Assembly (NCBI GenBank): GCA_965214705.1
Contig: OZ243972.1
Span: 1-64,000 of the forward strand
Direction: 5' to 3'
DNA: 64,000 bases
Source of the DNA: Alphaproteobacteria bacterium
Lineage (GTDB): Bacteria; Pseudomonadota; Alphaproteobacteria; UBA828
Part shown: positions 50,001 to 58,129 of the stretch, one piece after another
Layout of the letters: the number at the start of each line of letters is the position of its first letter
Position numbering within the stretch: position 1 is the stretch's first letter
Program-made: the position numbers and the translations under genes
Notes under the pieces: generated by a model
Told to the model about the DNA's origin: nothing
The model's input: the letters and a program-made list of their open reading frames with translations, nothing else
Databases searched by the model: none

Positions 50001-50424
50001 GGTTCCCGCGACCGCCAGCGGCCGGAACATGACGAACGAGAACCTTTCGGTAACTGCTGGCTGGGGATATTTCGGCCGAGGCGACGCGGTAATGCCGGGG
50101 CAGGGCCGCGCCGTCGAACGCGACTTTTTGCCGGACGAGCGCGCGGAAATGGGCGAGACAATCCCTGCACTCGGCGAGAAGACTTTCAATATCCACCTCA
50201 ACGGTGAAGCATTTTGGTGCAACGTCCCCGCCGTCGTCTGGAATTACCGCCTAGGCGGCTATCAAGTGCTCAAGAAATGGCTGTCCTACCGTGAGCATGC
50301 CGTTTTAGGCCGACCCCTGCTGGACGAAGAAATCCAGCACTTCATGGACACCGCTCGACGGATCGCGGCGATCCTTCTGCTCACAAGGGCCGATGGTGGA
50401 CAACTCGGCCCATTCAATTCGTAA
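47053..50424 (+). CDS. Single-chain restriction-modification enzyme (Type IIG / ISP-like, N6-adenine MTase)
   Basis: N-terminal HPDF..VEVK nuclease motif, YFYEPFL..FDP, YTP.EVV, LDPCCGTG, GNPPY, YRPFD, GGYQVLKKWL. Confidence 0.92.
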   Translation: MAGTNKKLTAAAEAYFTELSRLHASGGATGERSSYGPIHGLLSAVGAALKPKVHCVQEPADQGAGHPDFALYAARQLQKGRVRGGQLPESGVVEVKSLDDDAWLTAEGDQVTRYWGRYRLVLVTNGRDFVLVGDDAAGLPAKLEPFRLAKCADDFRRKIEKPRAFAREVGPRFGEYLVRALSHRAALTEPKDLAWLLASYARDALARVEAAGDAPSLKAVRRALEEALGVRFEGGKGARFFHSTLVQTLFYGVFSAWVLWVRQSPPPGGGFEWRTAGWHLRAPVLAALFQQLSDPGRLRPLGLVEVLDWTAAALERVDRAAFFAQFNEGEAVPYFYEPFLEAFDPALRKELGVWYTPTEVVRYMVARVDRALKDDLCITEGLAAENVYVLDPCCGTGAYLAEVLRRIAVNLQGQRLGALVGSRVKRAATKRVFGFEIMPAPFVVAHLQVGLTMQELDAPLADDGSERAGVFLTNALTGWEPRTTKPLPFPELEEERDRAGRVKQDTPILVILGNPPYNGFAGMAVDEERELSEAYRTTKRVRRPEGQGLNDLYVRFFRMAERRIAEKTGRGVICFISNYSWLDGLSFTGMRERYLEAFDTVRIDCLNGDKYRTGKVAPDGSPDPSIFSTEGDPVGIQVGTAISMLVRKADHRPAETVGFRHLWGQSKRENLKESSEVASDALYEQIEPVLRLGLPFVRTAVNGDWFDWPSLPDLLPVSFPGVQTSRDGFLIDTDLDCLRARIEEYFDARLSHEEIARRYPVAMKSTARFDARAVRDVLLDRGGPEEGGFIRFAYRPFDTRWLYWEKDTKLLDEKRVDYRPHVLEGNLWLSVAQHLRKGELEPQTCFTQDVGARHMIERGANWFPAWLREDGRLKANLKQAKYAGEKTIQHYLDHVGASVEDLFHHVLATLHDPAYRAANAGALRMEWPRIPLPDWPDGEAQGAAEELARSAEQGRRLATLLDSGAPVSGVTRAPLKSEIGAIAVPATASGRNMTNENLSVTAGWGYFGRGDAVMPGQGRAVERDFLPDERAEMGETIPALGEKTFNIHLNGEAFWCNVPAVVWNYRLGGYQVLKKWLSYREHAVLGRPLLDEEIQHFMDTARRIAAILLLTRADGGQLGPFNS

Positions 50425-50434
50425 GGACAGCCCG

Positions 50435-50929
50435 ATGCAACCGACGGCGTACATCGAGACATCCGTAGTCAGCTATCTGACAGCGCGACCGTCTCGGGAT
50501 GTGGTCGTCGCGGCCTATCAGGAGATCACGCGACAATGGTGGCAAGATGCGCCCGACATGTTCGACCTCGTTGCATCGGAGCTTGTTGTCACGGAATCTG
50601 GAGCCGGTGACGCGGACGCCGCCCGTGCCCGTCTGGGCGTGCTCGAATCAGTCACCCTCCTCAACACCACCAAGAATTCGGAGGAACTTACCCGGCTTCT
50701 TCTTGATCTCGGCGCGGTTCCACGCGAAGCCGCTGCAGATGCCGCGCATATTGCAATTGCGGTCACAAACGGCGTCGACTATCTGGTGACGTGGAACTTC
50801 AGGCATATCGCCAATGCAGCAATGCGCTCGCGAATCGAACTCGTATGTCGGCAGGCAGGTTACGAACCGTCAGTGATCTGTACACCCAATGAACTCATGG
50901 AGACTGACCATGCAGACAATACAGCCTGA
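50435..50929 (+). CDS. PIN-domain (VapC-like) protein
   Basis: YIETSVVSYL, DAAHIAIA, LVTWNFRHIAN, ICTP.EL. Confidence 0.9.
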   Translation: MQPTAYIETSVVSYLTARPSRDVVVAAYQEITRQWWQDAPDMFDLVASELVVTESGAGDADAARARLGVLESVTLLNTTKNSEELTRLLLDLGAVPREAAADAAHIAIAVTNGVDYLVTWNFRHIANAAMRSRIELVCRQAGYEPSVICTPNELMETDHADNTA

Positions 50930-51128
50930 CTCGATCATTGCAGAGGTTCACGCAATCCGGGACGAGTATGCGGCCCGTTTCGACTACGATGTGGGAAGGA
51001 TGTTCCGGGACCTCCAAGCCAGACAAAAGGCCTCGGATCGCACATATGTTTGCTTTCCCGCTCGTCGTCCGTCGATCGATTTAACGGATCCTGGGCATAA
51101 GGGCGCAAGAGAGACAAATGGTCAATAG
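50910..51128 (+). CDS. Small helical partner (putative antitoxin) of the PIN protein
   Basis: DSIIAEVHAIRDEYAARFDYDV; overlaps the PIN stop; RBS GGAG. Confidence 0.75.
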   Translation: MQTIQPDSIIAEVHAIRDEYAARFDYDVGRMFRDLQARQKASDRTYVCFPARRPSIDLTDPGHKGARETNGQ

Positions 51129-51933
51129 CCAACACAAGGGACCGAGAGACAGTGAAATTTCAATTCAGGAATGGCTCGAACAGATCGGAGCGACTGACAT
51201 TTCCTATGTCGGACATCAAAATAGCCCACCGGACTTTACCATCAAGTATTCTGGTAAAACAATTGCCATTGAAGTCGCTCGTTTAATTCCCGATGTGGGA
51301 TGGGAGAGGAAGACCGAAATCGCATTTGAGAGAGAGCTACGAACTCTGATAGAAGAAGTTGCTAGCGATCCCAGTAATCCGAGATGGCATTCGTGGTGTC
51401 AATATGACTCGCGTGATCGTTGCCCATCACGATCAGACTCTGAAACGTGGAAAGAGCGAGCACGAAAGGCGTTGCGTACAGGAGGTCCTGGAGGAGAATT
51501 TCAACTATTGCCACCCAAGCAATTGAATGGGCGAGGAATAGCATTAGAGCTACATCCGGCAGGAAACCAAGGGAGCTTTGGCGGGGTCAGTGAAGATGAA
51601 GGTTATATGATTGAAAGGACGGTGGTGGATCAGTTGGTTCGTTGGACGGACAAGAAAACTTTAGCAGTAAAGAAAATGGAACCAGCTCACGAGATCCGCC
51701 TTTGGTGGCTCGTATTTGACGATGAAATTGTCATAGCGCCGACGGGAATTATGGGAGAAAGCCGAGAGACAATTGAAAATTGCGTGCGAGATCAGATCGA
51801 CATAAGATTATGGAGTAAGATTGTATTGGTGAGCCGGTTCCAAATAGAAAGACCTCCACCTATACAGCCCAAATGGTTCTGGCCCTTGTGGGAGAATTCG
51901 CAATGTGTGGCACTTCCTGATAGTCCATATTGA
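51118..51933 (+). CDS. Low-GC putative PD-(D/E)XK nuclease
   Basis: PPDFTI..KTIAIEVARL; overlaps the upstream gene. Confidence 0.7.
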   Translation: MVNSQHKGPRDSEISIQEWLEQIGATDISYVGHQNSPPDFTIKYSGKTIAIEVARLIPDVGWERKTEIAFERELRTLIEEVASDPSNPRWHSWCQYDSRDRCPSRSDSETWKERARKALRTGGPGGEFQLLPPKQLNGRGIALELHPAGNQGSFGGVSEDEGYMIERTVVDQLVRWTDKKTLAVKKMEPAHEIRLWWLVFDDEIVIAPTGIMGESRETIENCVRDQIDIRLWSKIVLVSRFQIERPPPIQPKWFWPLWENSQCVALPDSPY

Positions 51934-51950
51934 GAAATGCCGATAACACA

Positions 51951-52625
51951 CTACATGCTTGGTCGATCCTTGACCCAAGCCAACCGAAGCCGAATCCCTT
52001 CGCAGTCCCGTTCCTCCGACACGCGGTTCACGGACTCCACCGGAATTCCCATCGATCTGGAGAACGCCTGAAAATCGGGGAACGACGCTTCGGTCGCGCT
52101 GAACGAATGCACCAACATGACGGCTTGCGTTGCCCGGTACCGCTGAGCCTCGTAAATGGCCGAGGCCGTCCGGTGGAGCAGCTGATAACGGATTCTGCCG
52201 ACACCGGCGACCCCGAGCCCGAGAGACGCGCACAAGACCGCCAGCCGACGCTCCTTGCCGGCGCTGCCATCGTTCCAGGTCGAGACGAGATCGCCGAACG
52301 GCTCGTCCATCTTGCCCTCGACCGCGATTACCGCAGCGCCGTGGACAGAATTCACGAAGACGAGCAGATCGGTCTGGCTTCGGCGCCCCGGAGTTCGAAG
52401 GTCCACATCACGCTCGAACAAGCCCTCAACCAGTGTAACGCCCGCGTAGTCGGCGCAAGTGTCCAGAACCGCGCGAACCGGGGCCGGAATGTCACCTGCG
52501 TTGACCCAGGAATGCGCCAGTTCATAGGCCGAGTAGCCACACTTCCAGTGTCGCTCTCGCTTGGCGAGAAACGGGATCACGTCTTCGGGCTTCGCGATCT
52601 CCTGAGCGTGGAAGAAACGACTCAT
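51951..52625 (-). CDS. DUF6946-like putative nuclease
   Basis: HWKCGYSAYELAHSW, SQTDL, IAVEGKMDEPFG, RYQLLHRTASA; RBS GGAGG. Confidence 0.8.
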   Translation of the reverse strand: MSRFFHAQEIAKPEDVIPFLAKRERHWKCGYSAYELAHSWVNAGDIPAPVRAVLDTCADYAGVTLVEGLFERDVDLRTPGRRSQTDLLVFVNSVHGAAVIAVEGKMDEPFGDLVSTWNDGSAGKERRLAVLCASLGLGVAGVGRIRYQLLHRTASAIYEAQRYRATQAVMLVHSFSATEASFPDFQAFSRSMGIPVESVNRVSEERDCEGIRLRLAWVKDRPSM

Positions 52626-52850
52626 AAGGCCTCCTGCAGCGTTCCATCGTATCACCCCTACTCACTCCGCAACCCTGATCGTTGGCTCTGCAAAGGGGAA
52701 GAGGCGAGGATGCCAGACCCGCGCCGGCGAACCCGTGAACCCAGCGCACCCATCTGTTCCTGGATCGCCTCCGCCACGCCGCCGTCGCTGCGCCATAGGC
52801 CGTGCGCTATAGTGCTACGGCACTTCGCATCGACCAAGAGGAACCACCTC

Positions 52851-54935
52851 GTGAAGGAGATCTATGTTTGGGCACCCTACTTCAGAGAGCTGGCCCGCAA
52901 GGTCGCCGACCGGGGCGAGCTCAATCTGATAGACGCTGCCAAGCGGGTGGCATGGAAACAGGAAGGACCACAATCGCCGTTGCTCAACTACGGCGATCAG
53001 AACATTGACCCGTTTTCCTTCTTCTACACCATCGCCGCCAACAGCCCCGCGGCCGTCAGCAGGAAGCGGATATACGAGAGCCTTCGCGACATTTACGACA
53101 TGGAGGCGGAACTTCCCATTGAGTTGGACGAAGCGTTCGTGTTTCCCACCCCTCCCAGAATTAATACGCTCTTTCATTCCGGGGGTCAGGGGGATCCAAC
53201 TCTACTCTGGCGGCTGTTTCGAAGCGCCGTATCTGGATTCGAACACATAGACGCCGAGGACTTTGAAGGCGCCCTCGCAATCGGCAACGTCGCGCTCAAG
53301 AAGCTGACCCAGACGCTCTATCTGGTTAACGCCGATAGTTTTCTGCCCATCGACGATCATACCACCTCGCTGAGACTCTTCCAGTTCGAGAAGCCGCCGA
53401 ATCAGGTAAGCCTTGCAGAATACGCAAACCTCATCGAACTCTTGCGGAATGCGTTTCCGGGTTGCCACCTCTTCGAGATAAACCTCTTCGCCTATCTGCG
53501 CTCGACCGGCCTAGTCGTCCGACCGGGGCATTGTTTCCAGATCAGCACCAACGTCTATAACGAAAAAGAGGACCACTGGCCTGATTTCAATGACGGCAAC
53601 CATGTTTTTACCGGCGGCCCCGGACAAAACATGCAATATCCGCTCGGGAAACCAGAACAGGGCGATGTTGTCTTGGTTCGATACGGTAGATGGGAAGGCC
53701 GCGGTATCGCAGTCGTGTACCGCAACGACTACCGTGAAGAGGGTTGGGCCGAAGACAGGAGGCTGCACGTCCTTTGGCTGAACAAGACGTCCGCAAACCT
53801 CAGCGATAACGCGCCGGTCATCGGCTTCTCCGAAGCGGGCACTGCTACACGTGACGCGTTTCGCAACGCCGATGCCTACGCACCGACGTTCGATCTACTC
53901 GAGCGGATTTCCCCGGCCGAACCGAAAGAGATCATATCAGATGCCCCCGCGGAACATCCGCGCAACCGAATTCTGTACGGGCCGCCGGGTACCGGCAAGA
54001 CCTGGCACGCAGTTAACCACGCACTGGCGATTCTTGGCGAAACGGAAGTTCACACGGGAATTGAACGAGATCGCTTTGATGAATTCAGGTTCGATCCGGA
54101 ACGAGGTACCGGACAGATCGCGATGGTCACGTTCCACCAGAACTTTGCCTACGAGGACTTCATTGAAGGCATCCGCCCGGCACTGGATGGAGACACCGTC
54201 GCTTACAGAATGCACCACGGCATCTTCAAGCGCATCGCCAAAGCGGCTGAGAAACAACCAAACCGGCGCTTCGTCCTCATCATCGACGAGATCAACCGCG
54301 GCAACATCGCTAAAATCTTCGGCGAGCTTATCACGCTGATTGAAGACTCCCGCCGTATCGGCCGGGACGATCAGACATTCGTTACGCTTCCGTATTCCGA
54401 CGAGACGTTCGCGGTACCGGACAACCTGTACCTCATCGGCACGATGAACACTGCAGATCGTTCTATCCAGTTGCTCGATACGGCGTTGCGCCGCCGCTTC
54501 ACGTTTCTGGAAATGATGCCCGATCCCCGGCACGTGGGGGTTTCAAGGGATTTCGATGGGGTCGACTGCACAAGAATGCTCGCAGCGATTAACGAGCGGA
54601 TCAGCGCCCTGCTCGATCGCGAGCATCAGATCGGTCACACCTACCTGCTCCATGTACGCGACATGGACCAATTGGCGGAGGCGTTCCAGAATCGAATATT
54701 CCCGCTGTTGCAGGAATACTTCTTCGACGATTGGGCGAAAATCAGGGCCGTGCTGGCGCTCAACGCGTTCGTGTCCGTCCATGACCTACCGGATTCTCGA
54801 GTTCTGACCGAATTCCTCGACGAGGAGCGGAAACTCTACGAACGGCTGCCCGACGACGATCCTGCGTGGCAAGACCCCGCTGAGTACCGAAGGATCTACG
54901 AAGCAAACGACGCGGATGAGCCGGAAGACTCATAA
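52851..54935 (+). CDS. mcrB: McrB-family AAA+ GTPase
   Basis: GPPGTGKT, TFHQNFAYEDF, IDEINRGN, MNTADRS, ALRRRF; GTG start with RBS GAGG. Confidence 0.92.
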   Translation: MKEIYVWAPYFRELARKVADRGELNLIDAAKRVAWKQEGPQSPLLNYGDQNIDPFSFFYTIAANSPAAVSRKRIYESLRDIYDMEAELPIELDEAFVFPTPPRINTLFHSGGQGDPTLLWRLFRSAVSGFEHIDAEDFEGALAIGNVALKKLTQTLYLVNADSFLPIDDHTTSLRLFQFEKPPNQVSLAEYANLIELLRNAFPGCHLFEINLFAYLRSTGLVVRPGHCFQISTNVYNEKEDHWPDFNDGNHVFTGGPGQNMQYPLGKPEQGDVVLVRYGRWEGRGIAVVYRNDYREEGWAEDRRLHVLWLNKTSANLSDNAPVIGFSEAGTATRDAFRNADAYAPTFDLLERISPAEPKEIISDAPAEHPRNRILYGPPGTGKTWHAVNHALAILGETEVHTGIERDRFDEFRFDPERGTGQIAMVTFHQNFAYEDFIEGIRPALDGDTVAYRMHHGIFKRIAKAAEKQPNRRFVLIIDEINRGNIAKIFGELITLIEDSRRIGRDDQTFVTLPYSDETFAVPDNLYLIGTMNTADRSIQLLDTALRRRFTFLEMMPDPRHVGVSRDFDGVDCTRMLAAINERISALLDREHQIGHTYLLHVRDMDQLAEAFQNRIFPLLQEYFFDDWAKIRAVLALNAFVSVHDLPDSRVLTEFLDEERKLYERLPDDDPAWQDPAEYRRIYEANDADEPEDS

Positions 54936-56200
54936 TGCATGCCGTGCGCACGTTCCACGAGCACGAGCAATTCGTCGGGCTCAGCGCGGAGGATCGCGCC
55001 GACCTCGCGGACTTCGCGCGGAAAGTGCTCAAGTGCAAGGACGGCGACCTCGCCGCGAGCAACCACGTCGGCGTCGTCACGACGAGGCGTGGCACGGTGG
55101 TGGAGATCCTGCCGAAGATCGACCTTGGACCGGAAAGGGAGACCGATTCCGACGAGACGACGCGCCGGTTGTTCCTTCGCATGCTTCGCTGTTGGCGCCG
55201 ACTCGGGGAGACGCTGCCCGACAGCGCAATTCGCGCCATGAGACGCTTCCCTATGCTCGAAGTCTTCGTCCATCGTTTTCTGAACGACCTGGGCTCGCTT
55301 GCCCGCGGTGGACTGGCCAGACGATACGTGCCGGTCGAAGAAAATCTGCCCTGTCTTCGGGGGCGTATCCTCTTTCGCGAGCAGGTCCGTGAGAGCCTCG
55401 TCAACCAGGCGCGGTTCTATGTGGCCTACGATGAACTCAGCGTCAACCGGCCCGCCAACCGGCTGATCCACAGCACTCTTGCCAAGCTCCTGCCTCGGGT
55501 CTCAAGCAGCCAGAACAGACAGTCCTTGAGGGAATTGCTGGCCGTATTCTCCGACGTGCCGCGCTCGGCTGACTTTCTTGACGACTGGCGCAAGCACCAC
55601 ATAGACCGCTCAATGCATCATTATGCGCCGGTGATGAACTGGGTAAGTCTTTTCTTGTTCAACCACGGTCTCGCGACCTTTTCCGGAGCCCATGCCAACC
55701 TGTCACTGATGTTCCCGATGGAGCAAGTGTTCGAAGACTTCGTTTCCCACAGCTATGGCCGATACCAGACCAAATTCGTCGTGTACCGCCAAGGTCCGCA
55801 ACGGCCAATGGCAAGCATCGACGATCGCGACGCGTTTATGATGAAGCCGGACCTCTGTCTCGGGGATGGTAACCGCGTCGCCTTCGTACTCGATGCAAAG
55901 TGGAAACACGTCAATGCGCTCGGCCAAGATCCGAAGCATGGCATCGACCAGGGCGACATGTACCAGCTCTATGCCTACGCCAAAGCCTACGAATGCAATG
56001 TCGTCGCGCTTGTCTATCCCCGTACCCAAGCCTTCAGGCGTCCACTGCACTACCGTTTTTTCAACGGTACCGGATTACTCTGCTTGCCCTTCGACGTACA
56101 GGATCCCGAGGGCAGCATCCAAACTTCGGTTCGAACACTCAGCGAGTTCGTTCCTCATCAGCCGATCAACCGACGACGAATTCCGACCACTGCTCCATGA
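54935..56200 (+). CDS. mcrC: McrC-family nuclease
   Basis: VEILPKI, FPMEQVFEDFV, KPDL..LDAKWK, DMYQLYAYA; TAATG-coupled to mcrB. Confidence 0.92.
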   Translation: MHAVRTFHEHEQFVGLSAEDRADLADFARKVLKCKDGDLAASNHVGVVTTRRGTVVEILPKIDLGPERETDSDETTRRLFLRMLRCWRRLGETLPDSAIRAMRRFPMLEVFVHRFLNDLGSLARGGLARRYVPVEENLPCLRGRILFREQVRESLVNQARFYVAYDELSVNRPANRLIHSTLAKLLPRVSSSQNRQSLRELLAVFSDVPRSADFLDDWRKHHIDRSMHHYAPVMNWVSLFLFNHGLATFSGAHANLSLMFPMEQVFEDFVSHSYGRYQTKFVVYRQGPQRPMASIDDRDAFMMKPDLCLGDGNRVAFVLDAKWKHVNALGQDPKHGIDQGDMYQLYAYAKAYECNVVALVYPRTQAFRRPLHYRFFNGTGLLCLPFDVQDPEGSIQTSVRTLSEFVPHQPINRRRIPTTAP

Positions 56201-57362
56201 GCGCTCGCCTCCGGTCGAAGAGGTCGGTACGCCGATAGGCGGCCTCCACCCGGTCGGAGTTCACATGCGCCAGGGCGAGCTCGCAAACCTCGCGAGGCAC
56301 ATCGGTGCACTCCGCCGCCCAGTCCCGAAAGGACGACCGGAACCCGTGCGGCACCGCATCGATCCCCAGCTCCCGGATGAGCCTGGAGACCGTGCCGCCG
56401 TGAATCGCGCGGGCGCGCTGCGACGGAAAGATCAGGTCCGAGCCGTCTGCCAGCGCGCGTGCTTCATGAAGAATCTCCAGCGCTCGCGCGGACAGCGGAA
56501 CACGATGCTCGCGCCTCGCCTTCATCCGCTGCGCCGGTATCGTCCACGTCGCCGATGCGAAATCGATCTCGTCCCATGTCGCGAACCGAACTTCCCCGGA
56601 CCGGCACGCCGTCAGCACCAGAAACTCGAAGGCGAGCACCGCAGGCCGATAGGCATCCGATGTCCTCACCCTGGTGAGCGCGGCCCCGACCTCCCGGAAT
56701 GGCAAGGCGCGCTGATGCTGGCGCACGCTGCCGTTCTTGGGCAGTGCGGCGGCGATGGCGTCGCCGGCAGGGTTGTCGCCCCGATGGCCCTGCGCGACGG
56801 CCCACTTCATCACCGCCCCGATACGCTGGCGCACGCGGCGCATGGTCTCGGTCTTAGTGTGCCAGTGCGGAACGAGCACCGCCATTACGTCTGCGGTGGT
56901 GATCTCGTCGACGCCCTTGCGGCCGAGCTTCGGCATGGCGTAGTCCCTGAGGCTCGCCTTCCACTGCATCTCGCTCTTGCCGCCATCCTTCCAGCCCTTG
57001 CGGTGGATGCCGATCACGGTCTCTGCCGCCTGCGCGAAGGTCGGCACTTCGGGCCTGCGCCTGAGGGTCTTCGGATCGCCGCCGGCCTTCGATATCTTGC
57101 GGTACTCGAATGCGGTCTGCCGAGCTTCGGCGAGGGTGACGTAGGGGAAGCCGCCGAGCCCGATATCGCGTCGTGTTCCGTTGACGGTTCCGCGCCATAT
57201 CCATTGCTTGGAGATCAACGCCCGTTTTCGGGATTTGTAGACTCGGAGCCTCAGGCCGTGCTGATCGCCATAGACGCCCGGTCGGCTGACGGTTCGGACG
57301 AAGGCGGCATTGAGGCGTCTTGGTCTGGCGGCATTCGATGCGTCCGAATCGAGATACCTCAT
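56166..57362 (-). CDS. P4-type integrase with arm-binding domain
   Basis: GVYGDQHGLRL, IGLGGFPYVTLAEAR, TACRSGE, RMKARREHRVPL, HGFRSSFRDW, LAH..VEAAY. Confidence 0.95.
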   Translation of the reverse strand: MRYLDSDASNAARPRRLNAAFVRTVSRPGVYGDQHGLRLRVYKSRKRALISKQWIWRGTVNGTRRDIGLGGFPYVTLAEARQTAFEYRKISKAGGDPKTLRRRPEVPTFAQAAETVIGIHRKGWKDGGKSEMQWKASLRDYAMPKLGRKGVDEITTADVMAVLVPHWHTKTETMRRVRQRIGAVMKWAVAQGHRGDNPAGDAIAAALPKNGSVRQHQRALPFREVGAALTRVRTSDAYRPAVLAFEFLVLTACRSGEVRFATWDEIDFASATWTIPAQRMKARREHRVPLSARALEILHEARALADGSDLIFPSQRARAIHGGTVSRLIRELGIDAVPHGFRSSFRDWAAECTDVPREVCELALAHVNSDRVEAAYRRTDLFDRRRALMEQWSEFVVG

Positions 57363-57515
57363 AATTCGTCACCCACGCTGTGTCCCACAATTGGACCAAG
57401 AATGGGTGAAAACGGACTGGAACGCAAGAGACCAATGTTCTACCTAACACGCTGTTATTCAACTCTATATGGGAACAGCGTGGAACGGTCAGGAAACCAT
57501 GGGAACGGACGCTCG

Positions 57516-57659
57516 CTCCGCTCGCTTGGCTCCGCGCTTACGCGCGCGGCGCAGTCGCGCCGTCCGGGCCTGACTTAATCATTTCCCTCAATCGCCGGGC
57601 GCGAACTCCGTTCGCTTGGCTCCGCGCTTCGCGCGCGGCGCAGTCGCGCCGTCCGGGCC
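57516..57659 (+). repeat. ~55-bp GC-rich direct repeat pair near the island boundary
   Basis: CTCCG(C/T)TCGCTTGGCTCCGCGCTT(A)CGCGCGCGGCGCAGTCGCGCCGTCCGGGCC at 57516-57570 and 57606-57659. Confidence 0.85.
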
Positions 57660-58129
57660 GCTGCGCGGCCCGGTTCCTGTCTGGGCGACCTTCTCGTCGG
57701 TTGCCGTTAGCGTGCCCCGGACCATGGTGCGGTGCACGGCGCGGGCGGGCGGAGTCAGTCTCGCCGGATGCGTTGTGCAGACCGCGAAAACGCCGCCACA
57801 CGCGATGCCCGCCGCACGGATGTGAGGCAACCCATTTTGGCGAGACGTGGCAAAAAGGGGCATTCGCTTGAGATCGTCGCCCACATCCGCGCTGTCTTGG
57901 TCCACCGTGAGCCACTTTGAGCCGCCGGTTTTGGACCACCTTGGGCCACTTTGGGCCGGAGTGGGCCGGAATAGGCCGCATAAAACTAAACTCTCAAGGA
58001 TATCCCAGCCGCCGCCGCTTCGCGCCGACGGTGCGCCTTGGGGTATGATGGCGGCGCGGCCGGGCACCCGGCGGCCGCAGCTTGCGGCTTAGCCCCAAGA
58101 AGAACCGGACGCTGAGGACAGGAATCGCG

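Noticed and set aside
51930-52850. 1001-aa McrB with long extension
   Set aside because: The extension is antisense to the DUF6946-like gene; GTG 52851 has an RBS.
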